From the NCBI GenBank assembly GCA_963675745.2, contig CAXXWX010000016.1, positions 96,001-160,000 on the forward strand: a DNA stretch of 64,000 nucleotides. The letters are read 5' to 3'. Below the pieces are notes generated by a model, which was not told the origin of the DNA, did not search any database, and saw only the letters and a list, made by a program, of their open reading frames with translations. This stretch comes from Phycisphaerae bacterium. GTDB taxonomy: Bacteria > Planctomycetota > Phycisphaerae > UBA1845 > Fen-1342. The position numbers and the translations under genes were made by a program. Positions 19,346 to 28,827 of the stretch are shown here, one piece after another. How positions within the stretch are numbered: position 1 is the stretch's first letter; every line of letters starts with the position of its first letter.

Positions 19346-19393
19346 AGGCAACAAGGCAACGAGGCAGCTAGGCAACGAGGCGGCTAGGCGGCG
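19346..19393 (+). repeat. Six tandem degenerate 8-mers (AGGCRRCN)
   Basis: AGGCAACA AGGCAACG AGGCAGCT AGGCAACG AGGCGGCT AGGCGGCG, in a divergent intergenic region. Confidence 0.8.
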
Positions 19394-19438
19394 GTGTATG
19401 GTTGGCGTGGTGGTGGGGTGGGGTTTACACTTGCGCGC

Positions 19439-20299
19439 ATGGAGCGTGGGTTGCATTGGTTGAGTGGTCGCCGTGAGCGTGTGCTGGCATGCGCGGTTGT
19501 TGTCTGTGTCGCCAGCGCCGGCTGCGAACGACCGCCCCCGCCGCCGGGAACAAGTCCGACCACGCAGCCGGCCGCGCCCTCACGAGCAACGGAGCCAATC
19601 GCTGACCTGGCGCCCGGTTGGGACACATGGACGGTCGAGGACGCCGTTGCCAGGCTGGATGACGAGCAATTCGCGCTTAGTGCGGCGGTGCGGCTGGTCC
19701 GGCTGGCGGAACTGCAACCGGTAATGCTGCCCGACCCGCTACCGGCGGACCTGGCGGCTACGCTGGCGGTTGTACGGCTGGCGGACGATCAATGGGCGGT
19801 TGGCGTCCCAGAGATCGGGGCACCCGACCGCCTGTGGGGACCGGTCCTGATCGCGCGCGACGGAGGTGTGACGCTGATCGCCGAAGGCACCGCCGACCCC
19901 GTGCTACTGCGCATCTCCGACAACCCGGAGGTATTTCCGCACGTCGCGGTCGCGCGTGACGAGGTTGTGCTGCCCAGCCGGCCCGACGTCTCGGCCATCT
20001 GGCTCGTCGGCCCGGAGAGCGTGGGTTTCGCGGTGCGATTTGAGGAGGGATATCCCTATATCGCGCTGGTGTTGTGGGACCAGCGCGACATCGAAGTCGC
20101 GCGGTACACGTGGGAGCCGTGGGAATTGGTCTTTGTCGGTCCGGCCGGGGATTCGCTGCCCGATCCGCCCGGCGGCGAGTTTGAAATGGACCTGGATCTC
20201 AGTGAGCTGTTGGAGCCGGTCGGCGGAATAATCGAGGAACCGATTGAGCTCCCAGAGCAGCCGGCCGTGGACCTGGGTGCTGAGCCGGAACCAGCCTGA
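19439..20299 (+). CDS. Acidic lipoprotein of unknown function
   Basis: Hydrophobic stretch ending ASAG-C (lipobox), then a Pro-rich linker. Confidence 0.65.
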   Translation: MERGLHWLSGRRERVLACAVVVCVASAGCERPPPPPGTSPTTQPAAPSRATEPIADLAPGWDTWTVEDAVARLDDEQFALSAAVRLVRLAELQPVMLPDPLPADLAATLAVVRLADDQWAVGVPEIGAPDRLWGPVLIARDGGVTLIAEGTADPVLLRISDNPEVFPHVAVARDEVVLPSRPDVSAIWLVGPESVGFAVRFEEGYPYIALVLWDQRDIEVARYTWEPWELVFVGPAGDSLPDPPGGEFEMDLDLSELLEPVGGIIEEPIELPEQPAVDLGAEPEPA

Positions 20300-20314
20300 C
20301 GAGAACGCGAGCAA

Positions 20315-21217
20315 ATGGCAAAGACCCGGAGATCAGGGGCAAACGCGGCGAAAAAACGCGCTGCCAAGGCCAAGGCCGCCACAAAGTCGGGTAGAGGGCG
20401 CCAACATGCCGACGCGAACAGCCGTCGGCATGGCACCCGGCCCATACCGAGCGACACGAGCCATCGGCGTGGCACACAGCCCTCGCGTGCCGGCGCGAAC
20501 AGCCGTCGGCATGGCACCCCGCTGGTCAAGGGGCGACCGGCGGCGCGGCGCTCACGCGAGACAAAGGCCGCGCGTGGCGAGCGGGCGCTAGGGATTTTGA
20601 ACACGCTGCGCGCGACGTACCCCGAAGCTCTCTGCGCATTGCGCCACCGCAGCGCATACGAACTGCTCGTGGCGACCATCCTGTCAGCCCAGTGTACGGA
20701 CGAGCGCGTCAACCAGGTTACGCCGGAGCTGTTTCGCCGTTACCCCGACGCCGAGACCCTGGTACGGGCGGCGCAGCCAGAACTTGAGGAGCTGATCCGC
20801 TCGACCGGGTTTTTCCGCAACAAAACGAAGAGCCTGATGGGGTTGGCCCGACTGGTCTGTGAGAACTTCGACGGCGAGATTCCGAGCGCGATGGAAGACC
20901 TGCTCAAGCTTCCCGGCGTCGCGCGGAAGACCGCGAACTGCGTGCTCGGCACGTGGTTCGGGCAGAATGTCGGCGTGGTGGTCGACACGCACGTCGGGCG
21001 GCTGGCACTCCGGCTGCGCTTGCTGACGACGGCACGCGATGACAAAGACGCCGTCAAGATCGAACGCGACCTGATGCAGCTTTTCCCGCAGGAGTCATGG
21101 ACCTACCTCTCGCACGCCCTGATCCAGCACGGCCGCACAACCTGCACGGCGCGCAAGCCGAAGTGCGACAAGTGCGCCCTGGCGCCGGATTGCCCGTCGG
21201 CCGGGCAGCTTGGTTAG
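20315..21217 (+). CDS. nth: Endonuclease III with basic N-terminal extension containing REP-like inserts
   Basis: LLVATILSAQCTDERVN, HhH LPGVARKTA, VDTHV, 4Fe-4S motif CTARKPKCDKCALAPDC. Confidence 0.95.
   Translation: MAKTRRSGANAAKKRAAKAKAATKSGRGRQHADANSRRHGTRPIPSDTSHRRGTQPSRAGANSRRHGTPLVKGRPAARRSRETKAARGERALGILNTLRATYPEALCALRHRSAYELLVATILSAQCTDERVNQVTPELFRRYPDAETLVRAAQPELEELIRSTGFFRNKTKSLMGLARLVCENFDGEIPSAMEDLLKLPGVARKTANCVLGTWFGQNVGVVVDTHVGRLALRLRLLTTARDDKDAVKIERDLMQLFPQESWTYLSHALIQHGRTTCTARKPKCDKCALAPDCPSAGQLG
20405..20519. repeat. In-frame palindromic REP-like repeats inside nth
   Basis: CATGCCGACGCGAACAGCCGTCGGCATGGCACCC (20405-20438), a near-identical copy at 20486-20519 and a degenerate copy between them. 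Confidence 0.8.
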
Positions 21218-21272
21218 CGCCGTCGCCAAACCACAAGCCACGCGCACTCAACCATGCTGCCGAATGACCAAC

Positions 21273-21297
21273 GTAACGGCCTGCGCCTCGCAGGCCG
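21273..21297 (+). repeat. GTAA-type REP palindrome
   Basis: GTAACGGCCTGCGCCTCGCAGGCCG. Confidence 0.7.
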
Positions 21298-21526
21298 TCG
21301 GATGCTGGAAAAGCCGCGGCCAGTAGCGGCTGCTGGGCCCGCGCCGACTACCAATGGCCACTTCGTCCGCCTGATGGTGGGATGACCACGCTTTGCATGG
21401 TACGATGGCGCGGCACCGGCGCGACCGCGCTTGTGCCGGGCACGTTCCGCCGTGTGGGTTGATGCTCTGGCGTGGTCCGCGCGGCGAATCATGTGCGAGC
21501 CACTCTACCGGCGGAGAGGACGCGGG

Positions 21527-21832
21527 ATGAGCTCACGACCCCTTGGCATATCAGCAGACCGAGTGGCGGACTTCTGCCGACGCCACCGTATTCGCAAGCT
21601 GTCCTTGTTCGGCTCGGTGCTGCGCGACGATTTCCGCCCGGACAGCGACGTGGATGTGCTCATCCAATTCGAGGCGGGGCACGTGGTCGGCCTCGACATC
21701 ATGGACATTGAAGAGGAGCTGTCGCAGCTTCTCGGTGGCCGCAAGATCGACCTGGTCAACGAGAAATACCTGAATCGGCGTTTGCGCTCCCGTATTCTGG
21801 CCGAAGCCCAGGTGCAATATGCCCAAGGATGA
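21527..21832 (+). CDS. Minimal nucleotidyltransferase (MNT/MntA-type antitoxin)
   Basis: LFGSVLRDDFRPDSDVDVL...KIDLV; GAGAGGA RBS. Confidence 0.9.
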   Translation: MSSRPLGISADRVADFCRRHRIRKLSLFGSVLRDDFRPDSDVDVLIQFEAGHVVGLDIMDIEEELSQLLGGRKIDLVNEKYLNRRLRSRILAEAQVQYAQG

Positions 21833-22160
21833 CTCCATATACGTCGGGCACATGCTCGACACCGCCAGGCTGGCCGCTGCAAAGGTGGCGGGCATCACGC
21901 GCGAAGCCTTCGATGCGGATGAGAATCTTCGGCTGGCACTGGCCCACCTGATCCAGACCATAGGCGAAGCGGCCCGTCAGGTCTCACCCGGTTTTCGCAA
22001 AGTCCATCCGCAGGTCCCATGGAACAAAGTCATCGGCATGCGCCACCGCGTGGTGCATGACTACCTTCACGTGGACTACGACATCGTGTGGGGCGTCGTG
22101 AGCATCGATTTACCCCAGTTGATCGAGACCCTGGCGGACATCCTGCCGGCTGGGCAATAG
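21819..22160 (+). CDS. HEPN/DUF86 ribonuclease (HepT-type toxin)
   Basis: IGEAA...VPW..VIGMRHRVVHDY (Rx4H) ...IVW; overlaps the MNT gene. Confidence 0.9.
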   Translation: MPKDDSIYVGHMLDTARLAAAKVAGITREAFDADENLRLALAHLIQTIGEAARQVSPGFRKVHPQVPWNKVIGMRHRVVHDYLHVDYDIVWGVVSIDLPQLIETLADILPAGQ

Positions 22161-22474
22161 CTGGAATGAGGTGGTTCGTGCTGTCGGTCCGGAATGACCC
22201 AGGCAACCATCAGGATGATCGAGGCGTCGTTGGGAGCCACGGGAGCGCGTCCACGTAGCCCCATGCTCGCGCAGGACCCGCATAAACCTGTCGGGCGGTG
22301 ACGACCGACTCGGGGTGAGCCGCTACGGTTGCATATGAACACACCCGGTCAATAGCCGATCAACTGGGGCTCAAATCACCCGGCATATCATGACGATATA
22401 GGGTAGTATTCCGCGCGAATGCCGCGGTCGGGTTGCGCGGCGAGTTTTTTACTTGATCAAAAGGGAGATGCCTG

Positions 22475-24607
22475 ATGGATCAGGCCCACAACACCATTGC
22501 TTCCTCGGAGATTTTCGGCTCATTGACCTTCAGCGGGGCGATGCTGCAATCGCGACTGCCGGATGACGTCCGGCGTAAGCTCGAAGAAACCATGGCGCGC
22601 GGCGTGCCCCTCGATCCGGCGATCGCCGACACGGTGGCCACCGCCATGAAACAGTGGGCGTTGGAGCACGGCGCCACGCATTACACACACTGGTTTCAGC
22701 CGCTGACCGGCCTGACCGCCGAGAAACATGACGCCTTTCTCAAGCCGGACCAGCGCGGCGGCGTGATCGAGGCCTTCACCAGCGATGAGCTGATCCAGGG
22801 CGAGCCCGACGCCAGCTCGTTCCCGTCCGGCGGCATCCGCGAGACGTTCGAAGCCCGCGGCTACACGGCGTGGGACGCGACCAGCCCGGCGTTTATCCGC
22901 AAAACACCCACGACCGCCACCCTCTGCATTCCGACGGCGTTCGTGTCCTGGACCGGTGAGGCGCTCGACAAGAAAGTACCGCTCCTGCGGTCGATGCAGG
23001 CCGTCAGCGAGCAAGCCCTGCGCATCTTGCGGATTTTCGGAAACGACGAGGGCGTAGCGCGCGTAATCACGACGCTCGGCTGTGAGCAGGAGTATTTCCT
23101 CGTTGACGAGGAGTTCTGCCGCGAGCGGATCGACCTGCAAATCTGCGGGCGGACACTGCTGGGGGCCGCACCGCCCAAGGGACACCAACTCGACGATCAC
23201 TACTTCGGCGGCATCCCGGAGCGGGTGCTGGCATTCATGGCCGAGGCCGAACAGCGGCTGTATGAGCTGGGTGTACCGGTCAAAACGCGGCATAACGAGG
23301 TCGCCCCGGGTCAGTACGAGATCGCGCCGATCTTCGAGAATGCCAACGTCGCCACCGACCACCAGATGCTGACGATGGAAGTGCTGAAACAGGTGGCGCT
23401 ACGGCACGGTCTTGTCTGTTTGATGCACGAAAAGCCCTTCGCGGGCGTCAACGGCTCGGGCAAGCACAACAACTGGTCGATTTCGACCGACACCGGTGTG
23501 AACCTGCTCGACCCGCGCGACGAGGCCTATCCGAACAGCCAGTTTCTGGTGTTCCTGGTGGCCGTGATCCGCGCGGTCGATCTGCACGCGGACTTGCTGC
23601 GCGCTTCGATCGCCAGTGCCGCCAACGACCATCGCCTGGGTGCGAATGAAGCGCCGCCGGCGATCATATCCGTCTTTCTCGGCGAAACACTGAGCGCGAT
23701 TCTCGACCAGCTTGCCAAGGGACAAGCCGCCACCGCCCGCAAGGCCGGCAAGCTCAACCTGGGAGCGCACACGCTGCCGCAGATTCCACGTCACGGCGGC
23801 GACCGCAACCGCACCAGCCCGTTCGCGTTTACCGGCAACAAGTTCGAGTTCCGCGCGGTCGGCTCCAGCCAATCGATCGCGTGGCCCAATACCGTGCTCA
23901 ACACGATCATCGCCGACTCGCTGGCATACATGGCGGATGAACTCGAAGGCCGGGCCGGACTTAATCCAAAACCGCTCAAGCTCGACGCCGCCGTCCGGGC
24001 GTTGCTGCGGGGGGAAATCAAGGCCCACCGGCGCGTGGTATTCGACGGGGACAACTACTCGGCGGCTTGGCATGCCGAGGCGGAGAAGCGCGGGCTGCCA
24101 CACTTGCGCAACGCCGCCGAAGCGCTCCCGCGCTTCAACACCCGCGCCGCGCGCCAGCTCTTCGCGCGGCACAAGGTACTCAATGGCCGCGAACTGAAAG
24201 CACGGCACGACGTGTTGTGCGAGCAGTACGTAACCGTCCGCGAGATCGAGGCACGCACGCTGATCCGAATGCTGAGAACACATGTGATGCCCGCGGCGCT
24301 GCGCTACCAGAGCGAACTGGCCGGCGCGGCGGCGACGGCCCAGGCCGCCGGCGTTACCGCCGCCAGCGCCGACCGGCAGCTCGCGCAAATCGTGGGTTTG
24401 ATCGAGACTCTCGATGGGGCTGTCGAAGAGCTCGAACGCGTGACACGTGGCGAGGCGATGGGCAGCGAGAAGCGCGCCATGCAGGTCGCGGAGAGACTGC
24501 TGCCGGCTATGGATCGCGCGCGAGAGGCTGCCGACACGCTGGAGATGCTCCTGCCGGAAGATCTCTGGCCATTGCCGAGCTATGCGGAGATGCTGTTCGT
24601 GCGCTAA
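22475..24607 (+). CDS. glnA: Glutamine synthetase type III
   Basis: 710 aa; [79 protein letters not shown]. Confidence 0.96.
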   Translation: MDQAHNTIASSEIFGSLTFSGAMLQSRLPDDVRRKLEETMARGVPLDPAIADTVATAMKQWALEHGATHYTHWFQPLTGLTAEKHDAFLKPDQRGGVIEAFTSDELIQGEPDASSFPSGGIRETFEARGYTAWDATSPAFIRKTPTTATLCIPTAFVSWTGEALDKKVPLLRSMQAVSEQALRILRIFGNDEGVARVITTLGCEQEYFLVDEEFCRERIDLQICGRTLLGAAPPKGHQLDDHYFGGIPERVLAFMAEAEQRLYELGVPVKTRHNEVAPGQYEIAPIFENANVATDHQMLTMEVLKQVALRHGLVCLMHEKPFAGVNGSGKHNNWSISTDTGVNLLDPRDEAYPNSQFLVFLVAVIRAVDLHADLLRASIASAANDHRLGANEAPPAIISVFLGETLSAILDQLAKGQAATARKAGKLNLGAHTLPQIPRHGGDRNRTSPFAFTGNKFEFRAVGSSQSIAWPNTVLNTIIADSLAYMADELEGRAGLNPKPLKLDAAVRALLRGEIKAHRRVVFDGDNYSAAWHAEAEKRGLPHLRNAAEALPRFNTRAARQLFARHKVLNGRELKARHDVLCEQYVTVREIEARTLIRMLRTHVMPAALRYQSELAGAAATAQAAGVTAASADRQLAQIVGLIETLDGAVEELERVTRGEAMGSEKRAMQVAERLLPAMDRAREAADTLEMLLPEDLWPLPSYAEMLFVR

Positions 24608-24775
24608 GCCGCGGCAAGCGATCGCGGCTTGGCGTCAAGTGGCAACGTCCGGAAAGCGCGGCGGCCACACCCAATCCCGGCGTATTCACGGCCTGGGCTT
24701 GACCTGCGTGCGATCGCGGTCCTAGAAACTGCTACGGGGAACGTGCGTCTCGAAGCAGCTTCCAGGAGACATCAC

Positions 24776-25945
24776 ATGTTGGGACGGACCACTTCAGCAT
24801 CACTCGCTCTCGTTCTCGCGCTTTGCTGCACACTGGCGGCGGTCGCCGATGCCCCCCGCAACGTGATCATCTGCATCGGCGACGGAATGGGCTTTGAGCA
24901 GGTCAAGGCCGCCGGAATGTACGAAAACGGCGCGCCCGGCACGCTGCCCTTTGAGTCGCTGCCCTACACGGCCGAGTGTATGACCTATTCGGCGAATTCG
25001 TCCGTGACGGATTCCGCCGCCTCCGGGACGGCCATCGCGACCGGCCACAAGGTCAACAACGGCGTGGTCAGCCGTGCGTTTCCCGGTAACGGCGCCGAGT
25101 TGACGACACTGCTTGAGCACGCCCAGGGCCTCGGCAAACGCACCGGCCTGGTCACCACGACCTACATGACACACGCGACCCCCGCCACCTTCGCCGCCCA
25201 TGAAAGCAGCCGCAACAACCTCACTCAAATCGCGGGCGATTACCTCAACCAGACGCGTCCCAACGTGCTCCTGGGCGGCGGTGCCCACGGCATGTCACCC
25301 GCCGCCTCGGCTGCCGCCGGCTACACCGCCGTTACTAACCGCAGCGGCCTGCTGGCGCTCGACACGAATGCCGAGACGATGGTGTCGGGGCTGTTCGGCA
25401 GCTCGCACCTGCCGTACGAGTATGACTACGCCACGGGCTCAGATCACGGCTACGACACGTTGCCGCACCTGTCGGAAATGACCTCGGTCGCGCTCGACAT
25501 TCTCGACAACGACGCCGACGGCTTCTTCCTGATGGTCGAAGGCGGGCGCATCGACCACGCCGGCCACGACAACAACATCCAGCGCAACATCTACGAGACG
25601 ATCGAGTTTTCCAACACGGTCGCCGACCTCCTCGCCTGGGCCCAGGGCCGCGACGACACGCTCGTGATCGTCACCGCCGACCACGAGACCGGCGGCCTCA
25701 GCGTGCTCCAGAATAACGGCCAGGGAAACTTCCCCAGCGTGCACTGGTCTTCGACCAATCACACCGCCGCCAATGTCCCGGTCTACGCCTGGGGCGCCAA
25801 CGCCGACCTCGTCTCCGGCGTAATGGACAACACCGACTTCTTCGAGGTGGTCACCACCCCCGAGCCGAGCACCGCACTGGCGATGCTGGTCTGCGCGCTG
25901 ATATGCGGCGGCGCACGCCGCTCGTGTCGCGGCATACGCACATGA
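24776..25945 (+). CDS. Alkaline phosphatase (PhoA family) with PEP-CTERM tail
   Basis: AGGAG RBS, signal peptide, IGDGMG, VTDSAASGTA, HATPA, EGGRIDHAGH, TADHETGG; tail TPEPSTALAMLVCALICGGARR. Confidence 0.92.
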   Translation: MLGRTTSASLALVLALCCTLAAVADAPRNVIICIGDGMGFEQVKAAGMYENGAPGTLPFESLPYTAECMTYSANSSVTDSAASGTAIATGHKVNNGVVSRAFPGNGAELTTLLEHAQGLGKRTGLVTTTYMTHATPATFAAHESSRNNLTQIAGDYLNQTRPNVLLGGGAHGMSPAASAAAGYTAVTNRSGLLALDTNAETMVSGLFGSSHLPYEYDYATGSDHGYDTLPHLSEMTSVALDILDNDADGFFLMVEGGRIDHAGHDNNIQRNIYETIEFSNTVADLLAWAQGRDDTLVIVTADHETGGLSVLQNNGQGNFPSVHWSSTNHTAANVPVYAWGANADLVSGVMDNTDFFEVVTTPEPSTALAMLVCALICGGARRSCRGIRT

Positions 25946-26231
25946 GGCGCGCGATCCCGCGCGGCGTCGAAATCGCAGTCGTTGTCACACCGATGTAAGT
26001 ACGAATTTGAAAGTACCACGATCCGGTTCGACGAAGCGCCCCGTTGTCTGCTTCTGATTCAGAGCGGACAGCGCTCCGGCGATTGCGACGTAATGTGCCC
26101 GCAGAACTCCTGACCCCATCCCATTGACATCGCAGCACTGCGTGCGTGGTCTATGTTCACTCGTCCTTGTTGGACTGAACCTGCGCCGTTCACCGCAGGT
26201 TCGGCGGAATGACAGGACCGTTCTGGGCGTC

Positions 26232-28622
26232 TTACTCACCTGTGAAGTACGCCTGCAAGACGGTGAAGTCTGCGAGGTCGACGTCCAGATCGCCGTCGCC
26301 ATCTTCGCTTGCGCACAGATGACCCGGAACATACGTCGTATCCGGTCCCTGGAAGCAGAATACGAAGATGAAGAAGTCACTGATGTCCACGTCGCCATCG
26401 TCGTCGTAATCGAAGTCAACGCACAACACATCGAAGTTGTCGACATATGTGCCGTGCACATTGTCGTCATTGGCGAAGTACTCGTGGTGCCCAATGCCGA
26501 ATCGTCCTGACACATGCGTTGTGTCGATCACGTCGGCTACCACGGCTCCGTCAACGAGGAAGCGGATCGTTGTGCCACTGCACTCAATGCGGAGCGCTCG
26601 CCACGCCGTACTCGGCTCATACAGCGGGCTCGCCTCCAGGAAGTCGGTGAAGACGCCCGTGACAACCACGCCGGCGCGGATCCGGCCCGTATCAGTGTCG
26701 TAGGTCAAGGCGTAGCAATTGCCGCCGCCAAGATCGCCGGCGTCGAAATTGGCGTTGCCATCGTCGCGCGTGAAGAGACCCACACGCTCAAAACCATCGC
26801 TCGCTACCTCGGGCCGATACTCGCAGTAGATCAACGCCTCTACCGAGCAATCCGCATCACCGCTCGCACCGACCGATGATGTCTCGAGATCGCCGAATTC
26901 GTCGACGACTTCCATTACGTACCCATCGCCACCGGGGGCGGCTGGCGTGAACGGCACGACCGGGTTGAAGCCGAACTTGTCGTCCCAGGCCAATGAACGG
27001 CCGCCGGCTGGAAACGTATCATTCAGTGCAATGTTGGTGGTCGCGTCGCGCCGCGCAAGAAACAGCGCGTTGGGTAAAGCACGTTCTGATCCCGTGCAGG
27101 GTGTCGTGGCGCCGTCCGATGGGCAGTTGACAACGGCCCCGTTGATTACCATGGTCGTTGACCCGCCGCCATCGAGATTGATCGCGTTGTCCACCTGGAG
27201 CGAGTTGATCAGGAAGTCCTGCATTTCAGCCACACTTACGCCGACGCTATAGCCCGGTTGCCGACCGTCGAACGTGACAAACCAGTGCCGCGTACCACTC
27301 CAGGCGAGCACTGTGCGCGGGTGTCGCTCGGGACCACCTCCGTGGAAAGGCACGCCGTCTTTCACCATCCAGGCGTTGCCGGTGCAGAGCGTTTTCATGT
27401 TCACAAGCTCAGGCGGTGACATCTCAAACCGCACGGACACGAGGTCTCCCACGACGGCGTGGCTAAGCAGTTCCGCTTCGGCGCCCGCGCAGGCCGCCAG
27501 CACATACCCGTCAGCGGGGATTGGGTTGTCGAGCGATGCCACTCCGGTTCGGATAGCGGTGATGATGCCGACCAATCGCTTGTTTGGTCGCAACGGGACG
27601 TTGACGTTCTCGACGATGATCTCGACGCCCTCGCTGGTGGACTTGGTGGAAGCTCCCCAATCCCTGGTGTACAGGTTGATGGAGCCGGCAGCGCAAGGGT
27701 AGTCCAGGATGTCAATCTGCACCTCCGCCTCGTCGGCGAAGCGCGCCACCATGTTCGCGCTAGCAAGATCGGAGCCTGCCCACCCGCTGGCGGATTTTTG
27801 GAGCATGTACGTCTGTTGATCCCACCACGTGTCATCGCGCGAGCTGATCAGATTCCCCCCGGTGCCGAGCATGCCGAGAATGCTCAAACCGGGTTCTGAG
27901 TAAGAGGCGTTTATCGCCCCCACCACATCGTACGCCGCACCATCGTAGTGCCCGGCGATCTGACTGACCGTCTCATTTGCCGTGTAGTTGCGCTTGCCCT
28001 GTGAGAACCCCATCTCGATCGTGTACGCCGGGTCGGCCAGGTCGAATTCGAGCACATGGTTCACCTGGGGGGTGGTCAGTTCCCACTTCGAGTGCCAGAC
28101 CCCCGGGGCGACCTCCACCGGCTCCGGAGGTTCCGGAGGCTCGCCGCCGCCGTCGCCAAAGCGCACCGCGTCGGCGACAGCCGCGCTACCACCAGAGCTT
28201 CCGCCCGCGTCGAGCGTGATCGTGTTATCTCCGGCGTTGAAAGTGAATGTGCCGAGGGAGTCCCACGTATAGCCTCCACCGGTCTGATCTATGTAGACGG
28301 TGTGGACCTGGTCGGCGGCGGCAATGTCGTACTTGGTTGATGTCGGGCGATTGGTTCCCGGTGTGTACCAGACGAAGACCTCGTATTCGCCGGCGGTGGG
28401 TAGATTACCAGTCCACGTGGCGGTCTTTGTCCCACCCGGCGACGTCCAGCGATAGGTCCCACCGTCATAGCCGGTGCCGCCGCTCGTGACCCAAGTGCCG
28501 GTCTCGGTGTACGCGGGGGCCCCGTCATCATTGTCCACAATGACCGCGGCGAGCGCGTTGTGGGAAGTAACCAGGACCGCCAGACCGAGAGCTCGCGCAA
28601 GGAGCGACCGATATGCCGCCAT
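26232..28622 (-). CDS. Secreted modular protein: golvesin/Xly-CBD-like domain, phosphodiester glycosidase (NAGPA-like), DUF1080-like domain, dockerin-like tail
   Basis: Start MAAYRS after AGGAGGA. IVDNDD...W...ADAVRF; RHPRTVL...DGRQPGYSVG...AINLDGGGST; DYDDDGDVDISDF...DGDGDLDVDLADF. Confidence 0.8.
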   Translation of the reverse strand: MAAYRSLLARALGLAVLVTSHNALAAVIVDNDDGAPAYTETGTWVTSGGTGYDGGTYRWTSPGGTKTATWTGNLPTAGEYEVFVWYTPGTNRPTSTKYDIAAADQVHTVYIDQTGGGYTWDSLGTFTFNAGDNTITLDAGGSSGGSAAVADAVRFGDGGGEPPEPPEPVEVAPGVWHSKWELTTPQVNHVLEFDLADPAYTIEMGFSQGKRNYTANETVSQIAGHYDGAAYDVVGAINASYSEPGLSILGMLGTGGNLISSRDDTWWDQQTYMLQKSASGWAGSDLASANMVARFADEAEVQIDILDYPCAAGSINLYTRDWGASTKSTSEGVEIIVENVNVPLRPNKRLVGIITAIRTGVASLDNPIPADGYVLAACAGAEAELLSHAVVGDLVSVRFEMSPPELVNMKTLCTGNAWMVKDGVPFHGGGPERHPRTVLAWSGTRHWFVTFDGRQPGYSVGVSVAEMQDFLINSLQVDNAINLDGGGSTTMVINGAVVNCPSDGATTPCTGSERALPNALFLARRDATTNIALNDTFPAGGRSLAWDDKFGFNPVVPFTPAAPGGDGYVMEVVDEFGDLETSSVGASGDADCSVEALIYCEYRPEVASDGFERVGLFTRDDGNANFDAGDLGGGNCYALTYDTDTGRIRAGVVVTGVFTDFLEASPLYEPSTAWRALRIECSGTTIRFLVDGAVVADVIDTTHVSGRFGIGHHEYFANDDNVHGTYVDNFDVLCVDFDYDDDGDVDISDFFIFVFCFQGPDTTYVPGHLCASEDGDGDLDVDLADFTVLQAYFTGE

Positions 28623-28827
28623 GCTTTCTCCTCCTAAGTGGCAAAGCAGAGCACAACGGACCCATCGTGCGGCGGCAAACAACCTAACCCTAATGCCAGC
28701 ATAGCAGAACCGCGCTAAGATACCAAACCTCCCCCGGATCGATTTGGTTCAGCGATTGAAGCGCATGCAAACGTCCGCGAAGCGCGCAAGTCCGCTGCCA
28801 ATCCCACAACACAGATTGGATGGTGCT

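Noticed and set aside
20405..20519. CRISPR-like 34-bp repeats
   Set aside because: Only two good copies, inside a CDS; the 'spacer' is itself a degenerate repeat; no cas genes.
21254..21385. Short ORF MLPNDQRN... upstream of the MNT gene
   Set aside because: It runs through a REP palindrome, has no clear RBS and shows no family motif.
25946..26231. Possible ncRNA in the convergent intergenic gap
   Set aside because: No tRNA or other recognisable RNA structure, and no promoter/terminator pair, could be supported by eye.
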